Source of the DNA: an uncultured bacterium
Lineage (GTDB): Bacteria; Babelota; Babeliae; Babelales; RVW-14
Length of the DNA stretch: 64,000 nt
Assembly (NCBI GenBank): GCA_963759805.1
Contig: CAVXAT010000005.1
Coordinates: 1 to 64,000, forward strand
Direction: 5' to 3'
Shown: piece after piece, positions 39,981-49,800 of the stretch
Layout of the letters: every line of letters starts with the position of its first letter
Numbering within the stretch: position 1 is the first letter of the stretch
Program-made: the position numbers and the translations under genes
The notes under the pieces: generated by a model
Databases searched by the model: none
What the model was told of the DNA's origin: nothing
The model's input: the letters and a program-made list of their open reading frames with translations, nothing else

Positions 39981-40901
39981 TCAGGCCATTTGTATCCCCA
40001 TTGATTTATTTTGTTGAACGATGATTTTGCTATTACATACAAAAGCCAATGATTCGAAAGTAAAATCAGATTGGTCTACTGCAATGATAGCTCCATAGTA
40101 AACTTCATCTGGTTTTTTATATTCGAGTGATTGGTGAAAGCGTTCTCTATTATAAAAGTTGATATAGTTTTTTATAATTAATCGCGTCTCAGCAATGTTT
40201 TCAAGAACATAAAAACACAGTGCTTCATATTTAATAGTTCGCCAGAATCGTTCAATAATGATGTTGTCTGCCCATCGACCTATTCCATCCATACTAATTT
40301 TGATACCTTCTTTTTCTAAACGAGCAACCCATCTTTCACTTGTAAACTGGCACCCTTGATCACTATTTAAAATCTCAGGCTTACCGAGTACGAGAGCCAT
40401 TTCCAATGCTTCAAGACAAACGTCTGTATCGAGATATGGTGACAATGCCCATCCCATAATCTTGCGACTAAAAACATCGATAAGACAAACCAAATAAACA
40501 AACCCACCTCTTATTTTTACGTATGTGATATCTGTTTTCCAGACTTGGTTTGGGCGGCAAACTCGTAATCCTCTTAAAAGATATTTGTACACCTTGTGTT
40601 CCTTGTTTGGAATGCTAGTTTTTTTATAAGGGGCAACTGCACAAAGACCTGTCAACGTCATTAGCCGCTGTGTTCTTTTAATGTTGTGGTTAAAGCTTTT
40701 TTCGATAAGAACTTCGTGTATTTTTCGATATCCATAAAATGGATGTCTCTCATATTCGTTGCGTATCTCATCCATAATCACCTCGTCTTGGTTGTTGGCC
40801 TTCTTTGGCTTGTAATAAAGGCTACTTCGATTTATACCGAGCAGATCGCATTTTCTGGACAAGTTCAATTTGTTGTTGTGCTCAATCCATTGCTTGCGCA
40901 C
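39981..40901 (-). CDS. IS3 transposase OrfB (DDE)
   Basis: YGYRKI, WKTDITY, NSDQGCQF, DNIIIERFWRTIKYE; -1 frame relative to orfA with a TTTTTTA slippery site near 40931-40937. Confidence 0.95.
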   Translation of the reverse strand: MRKQWIEHNNKLNLSRKCDLLGINRSSLYYKPKKANNQDEVIMDEIRNEYERHPFYGYRKIHEVLIEKSFNHNIKRTQRLMTLTGLCAVAPYKKTSIPNKEHKVYKYLLRGLRVCRPNQVWKTDITYVKIRGGFVYLVCLIDVFSRKIMGWALSPYLDTDVCLEALEMALVLGKPEILNSDQGCQFTSERWVARLEKEGIKISMDGIGRWADNIIIERFWRTIKYEALCFYVLENIAETRLIIKNYINFYNRERFHQSLEYKKPDEVYYGAIIAVDQSDFTFESLAFVCNSKIIVQQNKSMGIQMA

Positions 40902-40909
40902 TTGGATAT

Positions 40910-41188
40910 CTAGCGACTGAGCACTTGTACTAAAAAATTGCGCTCTTCCTTTACTTGTTCAAGGTCTGCCAAAATCTTGTCATATGTTTCTTCTTTTTTA
41001 ACTTTTCTTTTGTCTGCAAAAAGTTCGTTGCCATGCTCTTCTAGGTGTTGCTTCCATGCATATGCTTGGCATGTTGAAATATTAAATTCTCTACAGATGG
41101 TATCAACTGATTTGTCGGCCTTTATCATAGCTAAAGCCACCTTAAGTTTAAGCTTGTCATCATGACTTTTTTTCGTGTCATCACTCAT
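40910..41188 (-). CDS. IS3 OrfA (proximal)
   Basis: KLKVALAMIK..ICREF..YAWK..ERNFL. Confidence 0.88.
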   Translation of the reverse strand: MSDDTKKSHDDKLKLKVALAMIKADKSVDTICREFNISTCQAYAWKQHLEEHGNELFADKRKVKKEETYDKILADLEQVKEERNFLVQVLSR

Positions 41189-41289
41189 GAGAATGCCTTT
41201 CTTGTAAAGCAAATTTTTAGATTTAACATTCTCATGCTAATTCATTATTATTGTCGTTGTACACAGTTTATCCATTTGCGTTTATTGCA

Positions 41290-41565
41290 TTAAAGCGCCC
41301 GCAATAATGACTCACGTTCTACAATAAGCTTGCCTATAATCACATGAAACTTTTCAACATCTAAACTTTTTTTTGCAGCCATTTTTTCACTCGAAAAAAC
41401 TTCAATGCCTCGATCTTCAAGCCGTTTTTTCCATGCATAAATTTGACTTGTCGCTAATGCAAATTCTTGGCATAATTCAGCTATTGGCCTATCAGCCTTT
41501 ATAGCTGCCAATGCAACTTTTAGTTTAAATTTGTTGCTGTGGGTTCTGCTTACTTTGTTACTCAT
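41290..41565 (-). CDS. IS3 OrfA-like paralog (distal)
   Basis: FKLKVALAAIK..LCQEF..IYAWKK..IGKLIVERE. Confidence 0.85.
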   Translation of the reverse strand: MSNKVSRTHSNKFKLKVALAAIKADRPIAELCQEFALATSQIYAWKKRLEDRGIEVFSSEKMAAKKSLDVEKFHVIIGKLIVERESLLRAL

Positions 41566-42501
41566 TTAATGCCCCCCGGGCTCATTGTTATAACTAATAT
41601 TTTTAAAGTACTTATTTTCTCAAGTTGCACTGTCTAGTTTTATGGGGTCAGTATACTCAAGACCCGCAGATCGCAATATTATTGCAGGAAGTTTTTTCTT
41701 TTTTAATGAATCATCATGCATCGTCGCCGATAATTCTCAAGGAACTGTAATCAAAGGAAACTATATCGGAACAAACGCCTCCGGCACTGCCGCGCTTGGC
41801 AACTCTCTTTCCGGAATAACATGCGCTGCATCAAATAATAGTGTTATTGGAGGATCAACACCGGCTGAAAGAAATATTATATCAGGACATGTCATCGTTG
41901 GCATATCTATTGAGAGTTCCTCAAACACACAAATTACGGGAAATTATATCGGAACAGATGCAAGTGGATCTTTGGCATTAGGTAATGCAAATGAAGGAAT
42001 TGGCATAATTGGCAGCGGTCTGGCAAACAGCGCTACCAACAACAGCATCACCGGCAATGTTATCTCAGGAAATTACATCGGCATAACGCTTGGATCAATT
42101 TCATCTCTTGGAGCAAATCAAAATACTATTCAAAACAATTACATAGGAACCGATCACACAGGAAATCTTGCACTTCCAAATAAGTATGGAATTGTCATCA
42201 ATGATAATGGCAATACGATAGGCGGAAACGCTTCTTCAAATCGCAATATTATTGCAGCAAACAGTGTTGGCGGAATTTTAATCTATGGCGGCGCGCAAAA
42301 TAATGTCATCCAGTATAATTACATTGGTCTTAATGCCTCATCTGCCCCTCTGCCAAACGGATATGGAATTCAATTGGGACTTCCCGGCGGAAAGGGTGCT
42401 GCTTCCACAAACTCCATTGCCAATAATTCATTTGGCGGCGGAAATAAGATAATAAATATATATTCATAATCACACTTTTTTATAAAAAGAAAGAAAAAAA
42501 C

Positions 42502-44265
42502 ATGAGACTAAATTTATTTTTTTGTGTCGCTTGTACATTGTTGATCGACACAATATATGCCAATGACTTTCAAGAACAGCCTGTGTTGGGTAATTCTATA
42601 GACAGCCAGTGGATTGTTGTACCAAGAGAGACCAGAATAATTGGGGAATATTCTACGCAAGTAGCTAGTAAAAACTCGCCAGAAGAACTTTGTGAAACCA
42701 CACACAAAAAAACATTTGTACAAAAACCTAATAGACGCAGAGACATCAATCGATTTGGAGAAAAACATCCACTCCCATCTCCTGTCACTGAAGAAAAACT
42801 AGTTTATGAACCCATACCAGAAGATGCAGCCATAAAAATATTACGGTCCACTTCTGCGCAAACAATTGCTTTAAATTTCACTGCTGAAACGGTAGCCAAT
42901 GCTCAAGACCCTTACATTATCCCACCAAATCTTAACGGATGGGTTGGAGCTACGCAGTATGTGCTCATGACCTACAACGTAATACGCAGTTTTAACAAAA
43001 CGACTGGCGCCCCTGATGGAGTTTTGAACATAGATGCTGCCAATTTTTTTGGAGTCTCTGCAAATGACGTTCGTATAGATTATGATAGATTTTCTCAACG
43101 TTGGTTTATGTCATGTGAAGGCATTAATGAAAGCACAGGACAAGTGGGAACGCTTGTGCTTGCAGTAAGCAACGGCAGTACTATTACCAACTCCACCTCC
43201 TGGAGTTTTTACACATTCACCAACTCGCAAGTAATGCCTCAAATTAGACCGCTGGGCAGCGGAGACCTTGATTATCAGCAACTGGCAATAGATCAAAATG
43301 CAGTCTATCTTTCAGTAGATACGTTTGACAAAAACGGTAATTTTAACGGATCCTCGGTTATAGTAATTCAAAAAAGTTCGATTGGGACAAACAATCTGGT
43401 TGCAAAAGTTTTTCACGGCATACTGACATCATCAGAATTTATTTCACCTGCTGACAATTTTGACAGCAATCCTACCTTTGGATATCTTGTTAATTCTTCG
43501 GGAAATCAGTACCCTTCTTCAAATACTTACAACAAGCTCTCTTTCTATCGAATAATTAATCCTGCAAGCACCAACCCATCATTGAGTACTTTAATCTCCA
43601 TAACAGTCCCCAAATATACCGATCCGGCAAACGCCCCATACAAGGGCAATCTTTTTTCATCTGCAACCTTTTTGCAAACGAGCGGCAGCATGATGAGCGC
43701 TTGCCACGTGCGCAAACATCAATTATACGTATGTCATAATATACAAGTTAATCGATCAGGTAATGCAAGCACTTCCGGCGATCGCGTGGGAGTTCGCTGG
43801 TATCAATTTGATTTGACGGGTGATGCGACCGGAAATGGTAGGGGTTCAGAAAAAAGTACAACCGTACCTGCACTTGTTCAATCAGGAACTCTTTTTGACA
43901 GCACCTCGATAAGCTCGCCACTCTTTTACTTTATTCCGGCAATTATGACAAACAAAAACAGGGATCTTGTAATAGCATGCTCTTGCTCCGGAGCTAACAA
44001 CTATCCTAATGTTGTTTATGCAGGAAGAAAGGCTACCGATCCTAAAGGCATTTTGCGCACGCCTGTAATGATAACAAATAGTTCGTACCCATACAATTTT
44101 GGACCATTTATGGATCCTTCAAATGGCAATATTGGACAACGCTGGGGAGATTTGTCCTCGCTGTGTCCAGACCCAATTAATGATCTTGATATTTGGGCAA
44201 CGCAAGAATTTGCGGCGGTACAAAATGGATGGGGAGTTCAGGTAACAAAATTAACGCCTGCATAA
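42502..44265 (+). CDS. Exported protein, probable beta-propeller
   Basis: Signal peptide; YDRFSQRWF, DYQQLAID, RWGDLSSL.PDP. Confidence 0.65.
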   Translation: MRLNLFFCVACTLLIDTIYANDFQEQPVLGNSIDSQWIVVPRETRIIGEYSTQVASKNSPEELCETTHKKTFVQKPNRRRDINRFGEKHPLPSPVTEEKLVYEPIPEDAAIKILRSTSAQTIALNFTAETVANAQDPYIIPPNLNGWVGATQYVLMTYNVIRSFNKTTGAPDGVLNIDAANFFGVSANDVRIDYDRFSQRWFMSCEGINESTGQVGTLVLAVSNGSTITNSTSWSFYTFTNSQVMPQIRPLGSGDLDYQQLAIDQNAVYLSVDTFDKNGNFNGSSVIVIQKSSIGTNNLVAKVFHGILTSSEFISPADNFDSNPTFGYLVNSSGNQYPSSNTYNKLSFYRIINPASTNPSLSTLISITVPKYTDPANAPYKGNLFSSATFLQTSGSMMSACHVRKHQLYVCHNIQVNRSGNASTSGDRVGVRWYQFDLTGDATGNGRGSEKSTTVPALVQSGTLFDSTSISSPLFYFIPAIMTNKNRDLVIACSCSGANNYPNVVYAGRKATDPKGILRTPVMITNSSYPYNFGPFMDPSNGNIGQRWGDLSSLCPDPINDLDIWATQEFAAVQNGWGVQVTKLTPA

Positions 44266-44267
44266 AC

Positions 44268-45329
44268 CTACAACACGCTCTTCGCCAATTTTATAAGCTC
44301 AGAGCATAAGTTACTAAGGTCTTTAGGGGAAACAAAAAGATTGAATTTTATACCATGAAGAAAACGCAGCTCCAATTTATTTAGCTCCTCTATACTAACT
44401 TTACCAACTTCGGCATAAACTTTGTTCCAGAAAGGTCGGTCAATGCACCATTTAGCAGCCAAAACCATTATTGCCAAAAATGTTTTGAAATCCATCGAGA
44501 TGTTATCAGTAAAAATATTTTTACCATTCAGTTCACTCAACCTTTGAATGTATATAAGAGCTACCAAGTAACAAACAGGAGGACATTTAAAGTGTTGTTT
44601 TATATGTTGTAAATATTGAATTGTTGGGATAATATAGCCAGCACTACTTTTAATTTTTACTCCGCCCTTTTCAATCATTTCCCTAATTTTTTCAAAAGCA
44701 AAAAGATGAATGCTGCTGAATTCATTATAAATACATGCCGGATTATTAATTGCAAAATGGAGATCCGCACCATGATCCAAAAGAACTTTTACAATTCCAT
44801 ACTTTCCATTCTTTGCAGCCAAAAGTAGAGGTGTTAATCCATGCAAATTGTGTATTGGAAATTCTATTACAGCATCAACATTTGCACCTGCGTCCAAGAG
44901 AATTTGCACAACATTTTCATTACCTGAAATTACAGCATAATGAAGAGCTGTAAATCCGTAAAATAAATGAAATCGTGTTGTAATTCTTAAATTGATATTT
45001 CCGCCTGACTTTAAAAATCTAGAGATAAGATCTATTCTGTTATCTTTTATAGCTAAAAAAAGCTCATCAAGACTTAGTTGATCCGGACTTACTTGAAGAC
45101 TATCAGGACTTATTTGAAGGCTATCAGGACTTATTTGAAGACTATCGGGACTCATTTGCAAGACTGATTTAATTTTCTGTCTTTCTGGTTTAACGTTAAT
45201 TAGCGCCTCTTGCGGATCATTTTCCAACAACACCTCGCTAGATTCCAATTGTCTTTTCATTGAAAAAACAGGAAGCACACCAACAGTTGAAAGTAGTAAA
45301 AAAATAGAAATAAATTTGTTAAATTTCAC
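44268..45329 (-). CDS. Exported ankyrin-repeat protein with PHO80/PREG-type cyclin domain
   Basis: GGAGG RBS plus GTG, signal peptide, ankyrin repeats, then YLQHI..LVALIYIQRL..LAAKW..D..NKVYAEVG..ELNKLELRFL..FNLFV. Confidence 0.85.
   Translation of the reverse strand: MKFNKFISIFLLLSTVGVLPVFSMKRQLESSEVLLENDPQEALINVKPERQKIKSVLQMSPDSLQISPDSLQISPDSLQVSPDQLSLDELFLAIKDNRIDLISRFLKSGGNINLRITTRFHLFYGFTALHYAVISGNENVVQILLDAGANVDAVIEFPIHNLHGLTPLLLAAKNGKYGIVKVLLDHGADLHFAINNPACIYNEFSSIHLFAFEKIREMIEKGGVKIKSSAGYIIPTIQYLQHIKQHFKCPPVCYLVALIYIQRLSELNGKNIFTDNISMDFKTFLAIMVLAAKWCIDRPFWNKVYAEVGKVSIEELNKLELRFLHGIKFNLFVSPKDLSNLCSELIKLAKSVL
45075..45161 (-). repeat. 21-bp tandem repeat, four copies
   Basis: Encodes QMSPDSL-QISPDSL-QISPDSL-QVSPDQL. 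Confidence 0.9.
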
Positions 45330-45582
45330 AAAAATAACCTCCCAATTCAATTTTAAGTTAAAAAAAGCAGAAACAAATAGCTAATTTTTCTTAGCTAGAT
45401 TAAGATTAACACATTCAGCAACAATTACAAGTAGAATTTACTTTTTACGCTTTTTATTAAATTACACGTTTTTTTCGACATAATTCTTGATAAAAACCAA
45501 TGTTTCAATAATATAAAGCGTACTGTGTAAAAACATATAAGGTAAAAACATATAAGTAAGATATCCTCAGCATCCAGGCAAC

Positions 45583-46833
45583 ATGAAAGAGCCACACATG
45601 AGAAAGCTTTTCTTAACAACACTTTGCATATCCAGCTTGTTTTATTATTCCAACAGTCAGGCAAAATCCACACAAACAAAGTCCATACAAGCAAAACCCA
45701 CGCAAGTCAAACCCAAAAAAATTGTTGTGCTGACAAGCAAAGGCGGCAATGGACACATGGCCGCTTGCAGCGTTTTAAAAGATGCCCTGCCTGACTGTGA
45801 AATCAAATTGGCGGATCCAATTAATGATACATTTAGCAGTATACTGGATTATGCAAAATGGTATGGAAAATTTTTACAAAACAATTGGATTAGGACCTCA
45901 AATTTTATTGCCAGATATCCTGGCGAGATGATTATGAGATTTAAATCCAGCGGTATTAAAAGGCAAATTACAAAGATCCTTGAGCAAGAAAAGCCCGACT
46001 TATTGATTTCTGTAATCCCATTGATCAATTACCCGGCTGCCTGTGCCGCGGAGCGTTATGGAATCCCATTTATGCTCATCACACTTGATGCCGATCTTGA
46101 ACTATGGCTTTCAAATATGAAGAAGTGCCGCAAACACGGTTTTCTTAAAAATAATAATTTTGTCATAACTGTTCAGAAAAAAACTCCCCACATTGTGCAT
46201 CAGCTAAATCGCAAATGCATTCCAATGCCATGCATTCATGAAGTTGGAGCTCCTTTGCGTAAAGACTTTTATACCCCAAAAGACACAAAAACAATTCGTA
46301 AGGAATGGAACATCCCCGCAAACAAAAAAGTTGTTATGCTCATGCGCGGTAGCACCGGCTCAGACAAGATGATTGAGTACGTAAAAACACTTGTGCAAAA
46401 TGATAATCAGATTCATCTTTTAGTCTGCGTAGGAAGAAACACAAAAATTATACCAAAACTTAATCACATAAAAACCAACGATCGTGTTACATTTTCTATC
46501 ATTCCATTCACCCCCAAAATACCGGATTTGATGGCCATTTCTGATCTATTGATTACACAGCCAACTCCAAATGTTTGCAACGAAGCACTGCACATGAAAT
46601 TACCTATTCTCATTGATCTGACCTCGACATGCCTTTTTTGGGAAACGCCAACAATTGATTGGATCAAACTTCGTGGCTGCGGCAAGGAATTTAAAAGAAT
46701 GAGCCAACTTAATAACCTGGTTGGTGAATATATCAATAAAAAGAAAACTTGCCTTACAGAAACAGGGACCTCCATTCCTGACTTTAATACTGAAATACAC
46801 AAGCTTGTTATGGGATTGATAAAAAAGGCATAA
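45583..46833 (+). CDS. MGDG-synthase / UgtP-like GT28 glycosyltransferase with signal peptide
   Basis: GGNGHMAA, KPDLLISVIP, GAPLRKDF, VCVGRN, LMAISDLLIT. Confidence 0.82.
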   Translation: MKEPHMRKLFLTTLCISSLFYYSNSQAKSTQTKSIQAKPTQVKPKKIVVLTSKGGNGHMAACSVLKDALPDCEIKLADPINDTFSSILDYAKWYGKFLQNNWIRTSNFIARYPGEMIMRFKSSGIKRQITKILEQEKPDLLISVIPLINYPAACAAERYGIPFMLITLDADLELWLSNMKKCRKHGFLKNNNFVITVQKKTPHIVHQLNRKCIPMPCIHEVGAPLRKDFYTPKDTKTIRKEWNIPANKKVVMLMRGSTGSDKMIEYVKTLVQNDNQIHLLVCVGRNTKIIPKLNHIKTNDRVTFSIIPFTPKIPDLMAISDLLITQPTPNVCNEALHMKLPILIDLTSTCLFWETPTIDWIKLRGCGKEFKRMSQLNNLVGEYINKKKTCLTETGTSIPDFNTEIHKLVMGLIKKA

Positions 46834-46846
46834 ATTTTTAAATATT

Positions 46847-49800
46847 TCATTTAAATTCTCGAATGCGTTTATTCGGATGTAACCGGTATGGAGTTAATGC
46901 TTGTTTAATTTTTGCAGCAATGGCGGCTAGAGCAATGTGAACGGGATCTGCGTCATTTGGATTTCCAACCAATCCCTTGTATACAATAGAAAGCAAAACC
47001 GCATATCTTATCGCGTCAGCATGATTTGTAATGGGTGTGGATATCCCATTAAGTACGACATCAAACTCCTCATCACTGTAAAAAAATTTCAGTGTCTTTT
47101 CTCTCGTCTGACTAAAAACGTAGACAACAACAGGACACTTCGGATCATCATTAAACATTATAATCGGCTTTTCCTTTGTCAAAATACCTATTGACTCTTT
47201 ACGAATATTTTCTGTTTTCAATGGAAATGGATAATCGTGTAATTCAGCATACCGTATCACACCGGGTAAATCACTTTTATCCTTTGTACCATATCCGGAT
47301 GCATCACAGATCAAATGAAGATTTACCCTGCGCCGCAGCAGAGGCGGAACCGGTAAGTTAAATTTATGACCGGCATCGGTCAGTTGCAAGAAAGGTTGCT
47401 CTCTTAATGGGGGTATAATTCCTGATACATGATACAAAGGATTACCAAAATACCCAGGCTGTAAAGGTATTTTATCCTTATCCTGTAATCCAGTATCCTT
47501 ACCAACCTGTGCACCACCAAAAAATAATTGTCCCAGGACCCCTGCTTGCGGATCCAATAAATTATCGATTGTAGGTTTATAATAAGAATAAATCATACGA
47601 ACAACAGTTCCAGCAACGCCTTGAATGGCATTTGTCTTTTTATTCAGCTCCAGAAATAGGCGTTCTTTATCGATAGCAAATGCAGACCCCCATGTTCCCA
47701 TCAGGTACCAAAGTGGCGGCTCGGGATGTAACGTTGCAATAGCGCCATTATCAAAATTAGCCCATGCATATTCCGGCTTGGTCCACACCCCTAACTGTTC
47801 ACTCCCAACTTCATAAGGAGAAAATTCATGCCACCAAAATTTATCTTCTGCTTCCTCATCTACTGTTTTTGCCTGCTTTCTTTCCTCCTCCGAACATACA
47901 CGCCCAACAGCAGTGGCTATAGGAAACGGATATTTAAGTGATTGCAGCTGGTTGTCACGAATACTCGATAGCTTTAAAACATTGAAAGGCAATTCAGCTA
48001 AAAAACCTCGGTACAGCAAAAATCCATAAAAATCAACAAGCGACAGAGAAGCTCCCGTATCGCTGTGAAATTTAACAACGCCCGCAAGATTACTCAAATC
48101 CTCCTGACTCAACGGACGTGAAAAATCTTTTAATTGCTGTTTTATTTTATTAACAAAATCATCATAAGGAGCTTTTTCAGCATCATATGCAAGGTAAGGG
48201 AACAGCATCCATGTTGAACCGGAAAGAGTTGTCATATAGGCTACAGCATCAAATAACCCCATTTTTTTTAATTCTCCAACAAAACCTAATGTCGCAATCT
48301 GGGCACGGCATCCACCACCGCTACATGCAACCCCTATTTTGGGGGAAGAAGATTCGAGAACTTTATGTAATAGCGCAATTTCCCCTGGCGTAAGCATATT
48401 GCTGCTCTTGTCAACAAAGTTATGCAAACAAGGCACTACCTTTTGAGCTTGGCGCTTATCTATAAATTGATTTTCTTCAACACAGATATCGCCTACGTTT
48501 CTAATAGGGTCTTTAATCGTTTCTGGCAAGAATACGTTATTAAGTTCTTGCTCAACCTTATCCCATCCAGGACAAACATCGTTACGTAAATCTTCCGGCT
48601 TTAGCTTTGCAGCCAAATAGGTTAAAATAAATATCGGCAGCACCTCATCCGGCGCCCAATCCAACGCATTAATAATGAAATTGTATGCATTTGGAGAGCC
48701 TTGAAACACGGAACCTGGGGTGTCCAGTCTGGCAGCAACTCTTTCTCCAAAAACGATATCGGATAACTGGCGCTTCAAAGTTGTATCGCTTTTCAAAATT
48801 TCACTAATTTGTTCCTTTTGTAGCAGCTTTTTTTCCGGAATCCGATCAATAATATCGGCAAGCAAATTTCTATCAAAAAATACCGGCGCACCCATATTTT
48901 TGATTGATTCTTTTAAAAGCTCTATCTGTTGCATAAGAAATGATTTTTCTAAATATCCCCCATAATAGGCAGCAAGCACTGCTACAGACTGAACCATCCA
49001 TTCGGTCATAGCTCCAACTAATGGAATCATTCCTCTTGTTTGCTCAACAGCCTGACCAACATGCTGCTGGGCCACCCCAATGCCTTTGATCATCTCATTT
49101 ACAATATCAAATAAAGCAGAGCTTTTATATTGATTTACATGGTCCCTATTTAACTTGATGTATTTAACAATCTTATCGAATTCAGCCTCAGGGTAAGATC
49201 TAAATATACCGGGATCTGCATATCCTAACTGTTCAGAACAAAAATCTAATTCACGGGCCAATTGTTCATCTATGTTGTATGAAATCCTATCGGGAATTGA
49301 ATAATACCACATGGTTCCATCACACCATTCGTGAACAATATTACCACCCTCATGTTCAACAGCTCTGTTTAAAAAAACCGGTGGAACAGAGGGCTTGACA
49401 GGCTCCTCTGGCGATCCAGTTGGCTTGGCAGCCGGTGCAACAGATGGTTTGCCAGGTTTTGTAAAAACACAAGCCAGGTCAATATTCAAATAATAGTGCT
49501 GATCAATACAGGCAATGGTTTTCGGTAATGAACCCAAAACACACAGAAGATCTCCACCGATACTAAAGCTTGTCGCTGGACAACTGCTTCCATCATATGT
49601 AAAACATTCAATATTTACAATTTTCAACCAATTTCGATTTTCATCAAAACAAGACGCTATTTTGCGCAGCGTCTGGAGGTGAACTTCTTTGGAATAAAAG
49701 TTATAAATTCTATGAGAAACACAAGGCATTAGACCTCTTTTTTTCTCAGGTGTATCTCTAAGCGCAGGAGGCGTTGCCGGATTAAGCAGTATAATTGAAT

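Larger units (their letters stand above)
39927..41655 (-). mobile_element. IS3-family insertion sequence, 1729 bp, with two orfA genes
   Basis: Imperfect TIRs TATAGTGACCCCCATTGTCAAGACA and TATACTGACCCCATAAAACTAGACA; 3-bp TSD CTC (39924-39926, 41656-41658). Confidence 0.92.
39322..42469 (+). pseudogene. Exported right-handed beta-helix repeat protein interrupted by an IS
   Basis: GNFIGT/GNYIGT repeats on both sides; removing the IS and one CTC restores in-frame TIGSSRPADRNII. Confidence 0.9.
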
